Assembly (NCBI GenBank): GCA_903935175.1
Contig: CAIZQQ010000167.1
Span: 2,811-66,810 of the forward strand
Reading direction: 5' to 3'
DNA from: an uncultured Micrococcales bacterium
Lineage (GTDB): Bacteria; Actinomycetota; Actinomycetes; Actinomycetales; Microbacteriaceae
Length of the DNA: 64,000 bases
Below the pieces are notes generated by a model. The model was not told where the DNA came from and ran no database searches. It saw only the letters and a list, made by a program, of their open reading frames with translations. A program made the translations under genes and the position numbers. Shown piece by piece: positions 10,717-20,723 of this stretch (positions within the stretch are counted from its first letter, which is position 1; each line of letters opens with the position of its first letter).

Positions 10717-11042
10717 TTGGCGAACCCGGTGAGCAGAGCATCCACGATGAATATCGAACCGCCAACCATCAGCAGCAGACCGGCCCAGGGGTGCCAGGTG
10801 AAGCGCCACGGGCGAAGCTGCGCGAGCACCGCGACAAGGCTAAACAACGTGAAGAGCGGATAGGCGATGGCGTCAAGAATTGTGAAAAACGCGAGAATGA
10901 TGATCGGTTGCGGGCCGAGCCAGAAACCCGTGAAAGCAAACCACTGCAGCACGGCAAAGCCGAACAAGAAGGCGGCCGAGCGAAACGCGTAGCGGCCCAC
11001 CATCTCGGTGACTCTCGAAGCTCTGTTGTCGCGGCTCATCAT
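10713..11042 (-). CDS. Small membrane protein (109 aa, ~3 TM), unknown function
   Basis: C-terminal part of ORF 10713..11600 from MMSRDNR; translationally coupled on both sides (TGATG, ATGA overlaps). Confidence 0.65.
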   Translation of the reverse strand: MMSRDNRASRVTEMVGRYAFRSAAFLFGFAVLQWFAFTGFWLGPQPIIILAFFTILDAIAYPLFTLFSLVAVLAQLRPWRFTWHPWAGLLLMVGGSIFIVDALLTGFAK

Positions 11043-12289
11043 CAACTCCAGTATGCAATCGTGAGCCAGAGACCGATAGGGAACAGCGCGAGCGTGACCG
11101 ATTGCACGAGACCGAGGCTCGGGCGCAGCCAGCGGGCCAAGAAGTTGCCGAGCAGCCAGCCGCCTGCGCCAACCAGAACAATTCTTGTAATTCGGGCGAT
11201 GAGGGCGGTGCCGAGTTCGGCCAGCGACAGCCCCATCAAACCGGCTTCGTGGGCATAGACCTTGACCGGAATGCCGTTGAACATTTGCTGCCAGAAGGCT
11301 CCGCCCAGGTTTGTGTCGAGCTGCTCGGCCGCCACTTCGAACATTCGCGGGGTGGTGAGCGGCGAGGGCGGTTCGAACCCGTTCTTGACCATCCACCAGG
11401 TGGCCAGCACACCCAACGCGGCACCGGCCGCCGAAGCGGCAATCAGCGCAGCCCCTCGCCAGCGCCAGCCGACCGTGACCACCAGAAGCAGCAGCGGCAT
11501 CTCGGCGATCAGCGGCCAGAAAATACCCTCGCCCATCGCCCACAAAAAGACCACGAGCAGCCCAGCCCAGCCAAACGCCGCCTTGCGAACTCGCTGCCAA
11601 CCGAAACCGGGCAGGTCTTCGATCGGCAATTTGTGTAGTTCGACCAGTTCGTTTCGAACGGTCGCGACAGCCTCGTCGATGGCATCTGGATGCACGGCAA
11701 TCGCGGTTCCGTGACGCAGGTTTGTCGCCCGGTGCTTCGGAAAGGTCGAGCCCTTCGGCAGCGACTCGAAGCTTCCGTTGATGGCAATCGGCAGAACGCG
11801 AGCACCGAGTTCGGCCGCTAGGCGAAACGCCCCGGTGTGAAACTCGCCGATTTCACCGGTGGTCGACCGAGTGCCCTCGGCGAAAATCACCAGCACCACG
11901 CCCGCGCGCACTAGGTCGGCCGCACCGCGCAATTGCTCCATGCCGTCGCCCGAGCGCGAAATGGCGAAGGTGCCAACCAACCCGCTCGAAACCCAGTCGG
12001 CCGTCGAGTCTTGCTCCCAGTAGTCGCTGGCCGAGACCACCAGAACGGGGCGGGTTCGCCCGAGGGTAGCCAGTAGCGCGACCGAATCTGCGTGCGACGA
12101 ATGGTTGGCCACAACGATCAGCGGGCCGTCGGGTAGCGGAACGGGGCGGGCAAGCGGCGTGGGCTTGGGCGTAGCATCCGTGCCCGTAAACGAGGTTAGG
12201 CCGCGCGAGAAAATAGCGATGATGCTGGCCCAAAAGTGGGCTCTGAGCTTGGATGCACGGGTCAACGCCCGCATCGCCCGCTGGTTCAT
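11042..12289 (-). CDS. PlsC-type lysophospholipid acyltransferase fused to a C-terminal membrane (DedA/VTT-like) domain
   Basis: VANHSSHAD (HX4D), IFAEGTRS; hydrophobic C-terminal half with GIPVKVY; start placed at MNQRAM. Confidence 0.85.
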   Translation of the reverse strand: MNQRAMRALTRASKLRAHFWASIIAIFSRGLTSFTGTDATPKPTPLARPVPLPDGPLIVVANHSSHADSVALLATLGRTRPVLVVSASDYWEQDSTADWVSSGLVGTFAISRSGDGMEQLRGAADLVRAGVVLVIFAEGTRSTTGEIGEFHTGAFRLAAELGARVLPIAINGSFESLPKGSTFPKHRATNLRHGTAIAVHPDAIDEAVATVRNELVELHKLPIEDLPGFGWQRVRKAAFGWAGLLVVFLWAMGEGIFWPLIAEMPLLLLVVTVGWRWRGAALIAASAAGAALGVLATWWMVKNGFEPPSPLTTPRMFEVAAEQLDTNLGGAFWQQMFNGIPVKVYAHEAGLMGLSLAELGTALIARITRIVLVGAGGWLLGNFLARWLRPSLGLVQSVTLALFPIGLWLTIAYWS

Positions 12290-12413
12290 CTGATCCCGCC
12301 TATAAAAAAGTTGCGTGATGCACACAGATCCCGATGAGTGCCCCATCTAGTTGCAACTCTAGAACATTTCGAGATTAGGTAACCTTGAAACCACCAATCA
12401 AAGCAGGGATGCG

Positions 12414-12695
12414 ATGACTTACACAGCGAGCGTCACGGTGACCGACCAACTCGGTCTGCACGCTCGACCTGCCGCACAAATCGCGAAACTGGTGAAATCG
12501 GCCATCGAGTCGAACCCCGCGCTAGTGGTCATCGTCGAACACCAATCGGGCAAGCAGGCACAGGCAAAATCGGCGCTGATGCTGATGGCGCTCGGTGCCA
12601 AATCGGGCGAATCGATTGAGGTGCAGGTAGATGGTGCGAGCGATGAAGCCGCCGCTGCGCTGGTTGCCGAAATTCAAGGGTTTTTGATCGAATGA
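12414..12695 (+). CDS. ptsH: PTS phosphocarrier HPr
   Basis: GLHARPAA (His15) and AKSALMLMALG (Ser46). Confidence 0.93.
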   Translation: MTYTASVTVTDQLGLHARPAAQIAKLVKSAIESNPALVVIVEHQSGKQAQAKSALMLMALGAKSGESIEVQVDGASDEAAAALVAEIQGFLIE

Positions 12696-14314
12696 GCGAT
12701 TCTCGCACCGACGTTGTGCTGAGCGGAATTGGCGTAGGTCTCACCTCTGCCACGGCACCGGCATTTGTGGTCGCCGCTACCGCGCCACTGCCGCCCTACC
12801 GCCTAAGCGATCTCACGCCTCAGGAGGAGACCGAGCGCCTCGCCGCCTCGGTTGCCAAAGTTCAACTATCGCTTCAGGCCGTTGCTGCTGACTCAACCGG
12901 CGAAACCCGCGAAGTTCTCGAGGCCCTGGCCGAAATCGTCAACGACGATGTTTTGGTGGAGCGCGCCCGCGAGTTCATCAGCCAAGGCTGGTCGGCTGCG
13001 AGCGCTTTCGGCAAAGCGGTGAGCGACTTCGTAGCCCCGCTGATCACAGCAGACGCTGCCGAACGATTCGACGATTTTGAGTGGTTATCTCAGCTGGTTC
13101 AGGCCGACCTGGCCGGCATCACCCTGGCGCGCGAACTACCAACCGAAGGCCGATGGATTCTGGTGGTCGACGACCTCACCCCCGCCGACACCGCTCAGTT
13201 CACCGGTGCGATTGCCGGGGTGGTCACCCTCAAAGGTGGCCCGACCTCGCACGCCTCTATTATTTGTGCGGCACGCGGCATTCCCGCCGTGGTGGCCTGC
13301 GCCGAGGCGGCCACCGTCACCGATGGCGAAACCCTGTTGGTAGACGAGCTCGGCAGCCGGGTAGTGGTGAACCCCGTCGAACTGCAGGCATCGTATAGCG
13401 TCGCCTTCACCACACGCCTGTCTGAACCGCTGATTGCGGTGCGAGCCAACATCGGCTCGGTTCAAGACGCCGAGACAGCCAGCACGGCGAAGGCCGCAGG
13501 CGTGGGCCTTCTGCGCACCGAGTTTTTGTTCTCGGATGCACAGACCGAGCCAACCCACGAAGCACAAGTTGCCCAGTACCGAGCCATTTTTGAAAGCTCA
13601 CCGGCCGGGCCGATTGTGGTTCGCACGTTAGACGTGGCAAGCGACAAGCCACTGAAGTTTGCGGTGAGCAGCCTCGAAGAGCAAGATCGTGGCTATCGGT
13701 TTTTGGTCGACAACCTCGGTCTCATCGAGCGCCAACTCGACGCGCTCTCGGCCGCTCAAAAGCTCACCGGTCGCGAAGTTTGGGTTATGGCACCGATGCT
13801 TGGGTCGCCCGATCAGGTTCGCTATTTTGCCGACCTAGTGCGTGCGAGAACCGACTTTAGAGTCGGCGCGATGATCGAGCTGGCTTCACTGGCACATACC
13901 GTCGCCGAACTCGCCGGCATTGTCGATTTTGTCTCAATCGGAACCAATGACCTGAGCCAAGACCTGTTCGGTATTGACCGAAACAACCCCGTGCAACCAG
14001 AACTGCTCGACCATTGGCAACCACGCCTAGTCGAACTGATTGGCCACGTGGCCACCGCTGCGCGAAAAGCCGGAATCGACTGCTCGGTTTGCGGTTCGGC
14101 TGCCAGCGATCCAACCTTCGCGGTGGTGCTGGCCGGGCTAGGCGTGACCTCGGTGAGCAGCGCACCTGCGGCGGTGCCAAATGTTCGCGAAAGTTTGATG
14201 GCGTTCGAACTCGCAACCGCGACCAAGGCTGCCGAAATAGCGCTCGACTGCCCCAATTCCTGGGCGGCAAAGGGTGCAGTTCAGGCATTTTTGATCCACG
14301 GAGCGATTCTTTAG
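12692..14314 (+). CDS. ptsI: PTS enzyme I (PEP-protein phosphotransferase)
   Basis: GGPTSHASI, GVGLLRTEFL, RTLD, MIE, SIGTNDL, VCG. Confidence 0.9.
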   Translation: MSDSRTDVVLSGIGVGLTSATAPAFVVAATAPLPPYRLSDLTPQEETERLAASVAKVQLSLQAVAADSTGETREVLEALAEIVNDDVLVERAREFISQGWSAASAFGKAVSDFVAPLITADAAERFDDFEWLSQLVQADLAGITLARELPTEGRWILVVDDLTPADTAQFTGAIAGVVTLKGGPTSHASIICAARGIPAVVACAEAATVTDGETLLVDELGSRVVVNPVELQASYSVAFTTRLSEPLIAVRANIGSVQDAETASTAKAAGVGLLRTEFLFSDAQTEPTHEAQVAQYRAIFESSPAGPIVVRTLDVASDKPLKFAVSSLEEQDRGYRFLVDNLGLIERQLDALSAAQKLTGREVWVMAPMLGSPDQVRYFADLVRARTDFRVGAMIELASLAHTVAELAGIVDFVSIGTNDLSQDLFGIDRNNPVQPELLDHWQPRLVELIGHVATAARKAGIDCSVCGSAASDPTFAVVLAGLGVTSVSSAPAAVPNVRESLMAFELATATKAAEIALDCPNSWAAKGAVQAFLIHGAIL

Positions 14315-14385
14315 CCAAACATTCGGCAAGCGCAACAATTCGCAACGAAATGGCACTGCGGCGCATCCGTGTATAGATTCGAAGC

Positions 14386-15321
14386 ATGCCTATTTATGAC
14401 AACATCACTCAGGTAGTCGGAAACACTCCGCTCGTTCGCATCAACCGCATCATTCACGGCGGTGCCGAAGTTCTCGCCAAGCTCGAGTTCTACAACCCTT
14501 CGTCTTCGGTCAAAGACCGCATCGGTATCGCAATGATCGATGCCGCCGAGGCCACTGGCGAACTGAAGCCCGGTGGCGCAATCGTCGAGGCGACTTCGGG
14601 TAACACCGGTATCGCCCTCGCCATGGTTGGCGCGGCTCGCGGCTACCGCGTGATTCTGACCATGCCAGACTCGATGTCGCGTGAGCGTCGTGCCCTGCTT
14701 CGTGCCTACGGTGCCGAGCTCGTCCTAACCCCCGCTGCCGAGGGTATGCGCGGTGCCGTTGCCAGGGCCGAAGAAATCGGCCTAAACCAAGGCGCAGTTC
14801 TAGTGCGTCAGTTTGCCAACCCGGCAAACCCAGAGATTCACCGCAACACCACCGCGAAAGAAATTTGGCGCGACACCAACGGTGAGGTAGCCGCACTGGT
14901 TGCCGGCATCGGCACCGGCGGAACCATCACCGGTGTTGGTCAGGCTTTGAAAGAACTCAACCCAGACATCAAGATCATCGCCGTCGAGCCGGCCGCTTCG
15001 CCGATTCTCAATGGCGGAACCCCAGCCGGTCACCCGATTCAGGGCATCGGTGCCAACTTTGTGCCAGAGGTTCTCGACACCAACGTCTACGACGAGGTCT
15101 TGGATGCTCCTACCGAAGAAGCCGTCAAGTGGGCCCGTCTCGCAGCCTCGGGTGAGGGCATTCTCGCCGGAATCTCTTCTGGTGCAGCGCTTTGGGGTGC
15201 CAACCAGGTGGCTTCACGCCCAGAGTTCGCTGGCAAGAAGATTGTCGTGATCATTCCTTCGTTCGGCGAGCGCTACCTATCGACCATTCTTTACAAAGAC
15301 CTTGTCGAACTAGACGACTAG
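14386..15321 (+). CDS. cysK: Cysteine synthase A
   Basis: [39 protein letters not shown]. Confidence 0.96.
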   Translation: MPIYDNITQVVGNTPLVRINRIIHGGAEVLAKLEFYNPSSSVKDRIGIAMIDAAEATGELKPGGAIVEATSGNTGIALAMVGAARGYRVILTMPDSMSRERRALLRAYGAELVLTPAAEGMRGAVARAEEIGLNQGAVLVRQFANPANPEIHRNTTAKEIWRDTNGEVAALVAGIGTGGTITGVGQALKELNPDIKIIAVEPAASPILNGGTPAGHPIQGIGANFVPEVLDTNVYDEVLDAPTEEAVKWARLAASGEGILAGISSGAALWGANQVASRPEFAGKKIVVIIPSFGERYLSTILYKDLVELDD

Positions 15322-15358
15322 AACGTGGCGGGCATCCCTCGTTTAGACTTGGGGTACT

Positions 15359-15859
15359 TTGATAAACATTCGTGAAGACATCCGCGCCGGGCTGGCCAAA
15401 GACCCTTCGATGCGAAGCGGGTTCGAGCTTTTTATGACCTCACCCGGCTTGCACGCCGTATGGGGTTACCGTTGCGCCCACCAACTCTGGAAGTGGCGTC
15501 GTCGAATTTTGGCACGGATGCTCTCAAACTGGTTGCGCTTTGTAACAGGCATCGAAATTCACCCGGGAGCCAAGATTGGCCGCCGTTTGGTCATCGACCA
15601 CGGAATGGGCGTTGTGATTGGTGAAACCGCTGTAATCGGCGACGATGTTTTGATCTTTCACGGCGTAACCCTCGGCGGCAAAGAGTTCACCCGCTCCAAG
15701 CGCCACCCGACCATCGGCAACAACGTGATGATTGGTGCCGAGTCGATTGTGCTGGGCAACATCACGGTCGGAGACAACGTGAAGATTGGTGCCGGGTCTG
15801 TGGTTACCAAGGATGTCGCACCGAATTTGGTCGTAATCGGCGGGCGAACCCAAAGCTAA
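15359..15859 (+). CDS. cysE: Serine O-acetyltransferase
   Basis: [38 protein letters not shown]; follows cysK. Confidence 0.93.
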   Translation: MINIREDIRAGLAKDPSMRSGFELFMTSPGLHAVWGYRCAHQLWKWRRRILARMLSNWLRFVTGIEIHPGAKIGRRLVIDHGMGVVIGETAVIGDDVLIFHGVTLGGKEFTRSKRHPTIGNNVMIGAESIVLGNITVGDNVKIGAGSVVTKDVAPNLVVIGGRTQS

Positions 15860-15866
15860 AGTTTGG

Positions 15867-17327
15867 CTACTTTTTCCAAACCTTGTAGGCGTATTTTTGC
15901 CCTGAAATTGTTTGCTTGGCAATCGTCGCCGCGGCAACCTTTGCGCTGGAAGCCTTCACGGTCACCGTGCCGGCTGCCGAGGTAGTCAGCGTCACGTATC
16001 CCTTGCCGGTTATTTTTACCTTCACCTTCACGCCCTTCACGGGCACATAGTTCAAGGTGTCAAAGTTTGTGGTGACCTTGATGGTCGTAGTGGTGGCCGA
16101 CGCCTTGGATACTTTGATTGAAGTCGGCGCTTCACATGACTTTCGCTCTTTGAGCACGGATGTCGAGAAGGTCCACTTCGGAGTTGATGGTTTTGAACCC
16201 ACCGCCACCTTGCTGCCATTGGCATAGGTAATCGAGCTGGTGCTCAAGTTGGTTGGCACCAAGAAGATCCAGGGTTGCCCGGCAACCTTGACCTTTGCGC
16301 CGTTCTTGAACTTGTAGCTGGTGGTCGCGGTTGCAGAGTTGCGTGACCAGGTGATGTCATACACCTTGCCGTCTCGCAACAAAAACCCTGTACCTTTGCC
16401 AACCGAGTTTGTGTATGGCACCGAGTCTGGCCCGCCATCGGGCATGATTCGACAGGTGAAGGCGCTTCCGGCGTTTTTTGCCGTGGTGTATTGAATGATC
16501 GCAGTGGCCGAAGAGGTTTGGCCAGCCACACTCTTTCCGCCAACCATATCAATGGTGGCGCTTCGGCTCGATGCCTCATAAATCCAAAGCTTCTTGGCTG
16601 CGCTCCAAGTGATGGTGCGCGGAATCGGGTCGTTGTAAGGGGTTTTTCGGTAAATGATTTTCATCGACTTGATTGATTTACCGGTCGATTTGACCGCCGC
16701 TGGCACCGCGCCTGTCGAAAGGCCGGCCTCTTTGAGAATGTTTGCGTTCGACATACTCAATCCGGTGCCACGTCCGGCGACCTTGGTGCCCTTCAAAAAG
16801 TCGCAGAACGGGTCGACACAACCAGGCGCCATGTACATTTCGCGCAAGTTTTCGTTCGAGTTCACCCGCAAAATGTGCTTAGTGCGCGACAGCAGACTGA
16901 GCATGGTGGCGCGCTCTAGGCTGCGCCCCGAGGCATACACTCGCACCTTGCCGAATTGGTCAAGAACCGGAAAGTCGGTTTCACGGAGGCTACGCACCGG
17001 GCCAACCACGGCCGGCACCTTGTCTGTGCCATAGAGCGCAAGATGTCGGGTAAAACCACGTTCAACCGGCGCAACGTAAATCAATGCGGCCGCTTTCAAA
17101 CCCTTGAGTGGGTAAGCGCCCTTTTGGTGAGCTGGTACCTTGACGGCCACAACGCCGCTCTCGCCGGGTACGACATCTGGCGACGTTGAAAAACTCTTCG
17201 GCGCGATCGACACTGCTGCTGCTGGCGAGACCAAACCAAATGCAGAACCGGCCAGGCCAAGCACGGTCGCAAAGCCAACTACGGCACGAATGAGTTTTGA
17301 CCGCTTTGCTATTGATGAGTTTTGCAT
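15867..17327 (-). CDS. Secreted DUF3048 (YerB-like) domain protein with basic C-terminal beta domain
   Basis: Signal peptide; VAVKV...GLKAAALIY..PVERGFTR...GPVRSLRETD; G.G.LLRDGKVYDITW. Confidence 0.75.
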   Translation of the reverse strand: MQNSSIAKRSKLIRAVVGFATVLGLAGSAFGLVSPAAAVSIAPKSFSTSPDVVPGESGVVAVKVPAHQKGAYPLKGLKAAALIYVAPVERGFTRHLALYGTDKVPAVVGPVRSLRETDFPVLDQFGKVRVYASGRSLERATMLSLLSRTKHILRVNSNENLREMYMAPGCVDPFCDFLKGTKVAGRGTGLSMSNANILKEAGLSTGAVPAAVKSTGKSIKSMKIIYRKTPYNDPIPRTITWSAAKKLWIYEASSRSATIDMVGGKSVAGQTSSATAIIQYTTAKNAGSAFTCRIMPDGGPDSVPYTNSVGKGTGFLLRDGKVYDITWSRNSATATTSYKFKNGAKVKVAGQPWIFLVPTNLSTSSITYANGSKVAVGSKPSTPKWTFSTSVLKERKSCEAPTSIKVSKASATTTTIKVTTNFDTLNYVPVKGVKVKVKITGKGYVTLTTSAAGTVTVKASSAKVAAATIAKQTISGQKYAYKVWKK

Positions 17328-17331
17328 CAGG

Positions 17332-18852
17332 TCAGGCTTTCAAAAGTAAGGCTGCGATTTTCTGCAGACGATACTCGGTGATTTTCTCGGATGCGCGATC
17401 ACTTTCGGCTATCTCAGAAACGTCGTTCAGGCAGACCACCGATGGTGGGCGGCGCAGTGCTAGGTTGAGGATCTTCGCTAAAGAAGACTTGGCGTTTAGC
17501 ACTATGTATGAATAAGTGAGTTTTCCACCCATCACGGCCTCGCCAGTGCTGTAAGCCAAAAAGTTATGTAGCCACTCCGGAACGAGGTCAGCCTCGGTTC
17601 TAAATCGGTTTCTGCTCGTTGCTGTCAGCTCGTCGCCGAATCGATTCCACATCTGCTCCATGGTCGATTTTCGCAATGGGTGCGGGCCATGCTGAATGCT
17701 GCGCATCGAAATCTGCAATCCGCCTTTGATTGCGCTCTGCACGGTGTGCTGGCGTGCCTTGTGAATGACGTCGGCATCCTCAACCGAGAACCCGGGCAAA
17801 GTGGTTCTGGTGTATCTGATCAGGCAGCGGCCGTGAGAATCAAACCAAGCCGAAGGCAAGAGCGGGCGCCCAAACAGGATGTCATCGTTCAGGTATAGAA
17901 AATTCTCGGCAAGCCCTTTGATTCGGTGAAGGTGCGAGGTAATCACGTGCGAGTTGAAGGTAGGCAAAAACTCTTTTGGAATGAACTTTTTGTGATCGAT
18001 AACCGTGACGCGATCGGCCAGGTCGCCTAGGTCTGGCGTTTGCCCATCGGTGACCAGCCAAATGCGATTCATCCACGGTGCGTTTTTGAGCAACGTGGCG
18101 ATTGAAAAGTAAAGTTCGTTTCTGCTGGTGAATCGACTGTCGGAAGTACCGTGAGAGTGCGCCTCGGCTGAATGCTTTCTCTTCTTAGCCAGCCATTTCG
18201 GGTCTGACCCATCGACCCACAGGTAAACCGCGTCAACCTCGAAAGGCACATCGTGGATGCTCAACTGAGCGAGGGTCTGATCGAGCTCCAGAAGCGATGT
18301 GTCAGTCGCTAGTGGGCCGACCTCGCTAATCGAGCCATTCCAGCCGGGTGAAGCAAAATTACCCTTGGATGTCTTCTTCCAAACCTCTACGGGCACACCT
18401 TCGCCTGCCTGCGAATTGCGCTCGCAAACATAGACGGTTCGTTTACCCTTTTTGATTTCGTTGAAGACCTGGCCCGACTTTAGCGACTTCGTCGAATGCC
18501 ACTCGTACTCCGTAAACTGCCCCGGCTTCCAGCGAAGCTCAAAATCTGGGTGTCGACCCACCCATTCGAGAAATTTTCCGAGATCAGTCGACCTGACTCC
18601 GACTGGGGCAACCTGCCAGTAACTTACCGGCACGGCAAAGGCCCCCTCAAACCCGAGCAGTCGACTTCTGAGCTGACGTTGAAGACGGTTTTCACTTGGG
18701 TGGATTCGCTGGTTTACCCACTCGGGCCCCGAAATCTGTTGCTCTTTCTTGCCCGGCTTGGCCATGCTGAAAAGCGCTTGCACGACAAAACGCTCAAGTG
18801 GCGTACCACCAATACTGGCCGTGAATTTCTGCATCGACTTCATCTCAATCAC
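17332..18852 (-). CDS. Stealth-family hexose-1-phosphate transferase
   Basis: CR1 DAVYLWVDGSDPKW; CR2 NELYFSI...APW...LPTFNSH...LHRIKGLAENFLYLNDD; CR3 H.PHP; CR4 CLND. Confidence 0.9.
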   Translation of the reverse strand: MIEMKSMQKFTASIGGTPLERFVVQALFSMAKPGKKEQQISGPEWVNQRIHPSENRLQRQLRSRLLGFEGAFAVPVSYWQVAPVGVRSTDLGKFLEWVGRHPDFELRWKPGQFTEYEWHSTKSLKSGQVFNEIKKGKRTVYVCERNSQAGEGVPVEVWKKTSKGNFASPGWNGSISEVGPLATDTSLLELDQTLAQLSIHDVPFEVDAVYLWVDGSDPKWLAKKRKHSAEAHSHGTSDSRFTSRNELYFSIATLLKNAPWMNRIWLVTDGQTPDLGDLADRVTVIDHKKFIPKEFLPTFNSHVITSHLHRIKGLAENFLYLNDDILFGRPLLPSAWFDSHGRCLIRYTRTTLPGFSVEDADVIHKARQHTVQSAIKGGLQISMRSIQHGPHPLRKSTMEQMWNRFGDELTATSRNRFRTEADLVPEWLHNFLAYSTGEAVMGGKLTYSYIVLNAKSSLAKILNLALRRPPSVVCLNDVSEIAESDRASEKITEYRLQKIAALLLKA

Positions 18853-20603
18853 GCCAAGTCTATTCTTGCGCCAGATGAGCGAGAGTTTGAGAGTGCAATC
18901 ACGCGAGGCCTCGAAACCTCAATGATGGTGTCAACCAGAGTAACAACCACTTTCGACCTCGAGTAAATCTCGTCATACATGACAACGGAGTGACCCGGTT
19001 CAAACAGCGGGTCTGAATCAGGTGCATACAGAGCATGAGTTGTTCCGTTGGAGCGCAACATCATCAAATTCATCGGGTGGTGCTTCAAATAGAAGACTCT
19101 CTCTGGCGAGAACCGCTTTAGCAGAATTTCGCAATCGCCAGCCGTGGTGGTTGGGATTGCCCTCAGCGAAATGCGCGCATCCGTGGTCAATCTCTTGATC
19201 GCAAAGAACATTCGGCAATAAAGATAAGTGGAAATCTGGTTGGTCGCTAAAGTCACTTGGCTGGCCGAAGACTGAACACCCCAGGCAAACAATTCTTTTG
19301 CGGCTGCGCGCACCGAAACTCCGTTGAACGGGTCTGAAAAGTGGGTGAATATGACTGTGGAGTCAGCCTTACCCGGAACGCTGACTTTGGTAGGCACCCA
19401 GACACCCAGGACCTTGGCAACCGAGCGAAGCAAGAAGTTCACGTAGCGCAAAAATCTGAGCTTCGAGCCGCGGGAGGCAAACAACCCCGGCTCGCCTAAC
19501 TGCGCAGAAGCAATGTGCTTGCTGTGGCTTTCTAGCATTTGCTCAATTGCCGCAAAAAAGGCTGAATCTTCGTCGGATTTTGGTTTGCCATAGTGAAGCT
19601 CGCGAAGTTTTTGAAGTTCGCCGCTCTTGGTGGCGGCTAGCTTCGTTGCGGCGGCGATGTGCTCGTCGAGTTCTTGAAGCGAATTGGCGTCTAGCGGGTT
19701 GAGCGAAGTGAACATGGCGACGTCTGCCACCAGAGCCTTTGAGTCGTTCGGCTTGGTGATTAGCAGTGGCTTGCCGGTGACCAGCCAGTCATAGGCCACC
19801 GCCGAGACATCCGTGATCATCAGGTCTAACTCGTTCAACTGCCAACCAAAGGTTGAGTTATCGACATAATGCTTTATCTTTGACGTTTTGTCGTCGTTTT
19901 TTGCCTTAAGAAGAGTGCGGATGCTCGCATCTGCCGCGGCGACGTTCTCGTCTCTGCTTCCAGAAAGTGGATGCGGCCGGTAGACAACCTGGTAGCCCAA
20001 CGAAATCAACTTCTCGACCAATTCGACACCGTGGGTGTCGATCGAGCTATAGCGAGTTGCTCTGGTCACACCCTCCCAAGTCGGCGCATAAAGCACCGAT
20101 TTGACTCGACCCTCGGCTTTTGAAAAGTTGGATGGCACAGGCAGAACGTCTTTTATTTGCGGACGCCCGATTAGCTTGATGCGATCTAGGTTGTAGTTCT
20201 GTATGTTTCGAGCCACCCGATCAACAGCAGCCTGGCCGGCGGCAAAGTAAAAGTCATATCGCTTGAGCGTGTTCTGAAACATGTAGGCCTTGTCAGACTC
20301 ACCATGAGACACCCAGACATGCAGGCCCCGAGGGTAGCGAAGGGTAAAGAAGTTTTTTGCGTTTTGATTCGGATAAAGCAAGACTTTTGGCTTCTGGTCA
20401 GTCAAGAAACTGGCGATGCCCTCTTGCCCGTCAACACGAAAAGCTTGAAGACCCGTTCCCCACAGCTCTTCGTCGGCAAAGGTCGATGTGTACAAAACTC
20501 CGACGGAGTGAATCTTGCTTAGGCGTTGCAGGGGTTGTATCCACTGGCGCAACTGGTAAAGATTTTGGGTGCCGGAATCGAGAAAGACGAAGACAACGTC
20601 CAC
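18849..20603 (-). CDS. CDP-glycerol glycerophosphotransferase (TagB/TagF-like) family protein
   Basis: HGESDK, IGRPQ, VLYAPTWEG, YRPHP, ITDVSAV.YD motifs. Confidence 0.85.
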   Translation of the reverse strand: MDVVFVFLDSGTQNLYQLRQWIQPLQRLSKIHSVGVLYTSTFADEELWGTGLQAFRVDGQEGIASFLTDQKPKVLLYPNQNAKNFFTLRYPRGLHVWVSHGESDKAYMFQNTLKRYDFYFAAGQAAVDRVARNIQNYNLDRIKLIGRPQIKDVLPVPSNFSKAEGRVKSVLYAPTWEGVTRATRYSSIDTHGVELVEKLISLGYQVVYRPHPLSGSRDENVAAADASIRTLLKAKNDDKTSKIKHYVDNSTFGWQLNELDLMITDVSAVAYDWLVTGKPLLITKPNDSKALVADVAMFTSLNPLDANSLQELDEHIAAATKLAATKSGELQKLRELHYGKPKSDEDSAFFAAIEQMLESHSKHIASAQLGEPGLFASRGSKLRFLRYVNFLLRSVAKVLGVWVPTKVSVPGKADSTVIFTHFSDPFNGVSVRAAAKELFAWGVQSSASQVTLATNQISTYLYCRMFFAIKRLTTDARISLRAIPTTTAGDCEILLKRFSPERVFYLKHHPMNLMMLRSNGTTHALYAPDSDPLFEPGHSVVMYDEIYSRSKVVVTLVDTIIEVSRPRVIALSNSRSSGARIDLA

Positions 20604-20723
20604 TTTCTAACCCCTTGCCTAATCCGCTAAATCTCCAGACTTAATTGCAACATCCTTTAGACCTCGCAACATAACAATTCGCCCTATTCTCAAGATTTAC
20701 TAATAATCCGAAAAAGGCTGGCC

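Noticed and set aside
10713-11600. 295-aa ORF as a single gene
   Set aside because: The first two-thirds overlap the acyltransferase in another frame; only the coupled 109-aa C-terminal part is credible.
12346-12385. Palindromes AGTTGCAACT and AGGTAACCT upstream of ptsH
   Set aside because: Short, single-copy, and not assignable to a regulator; could be chance.
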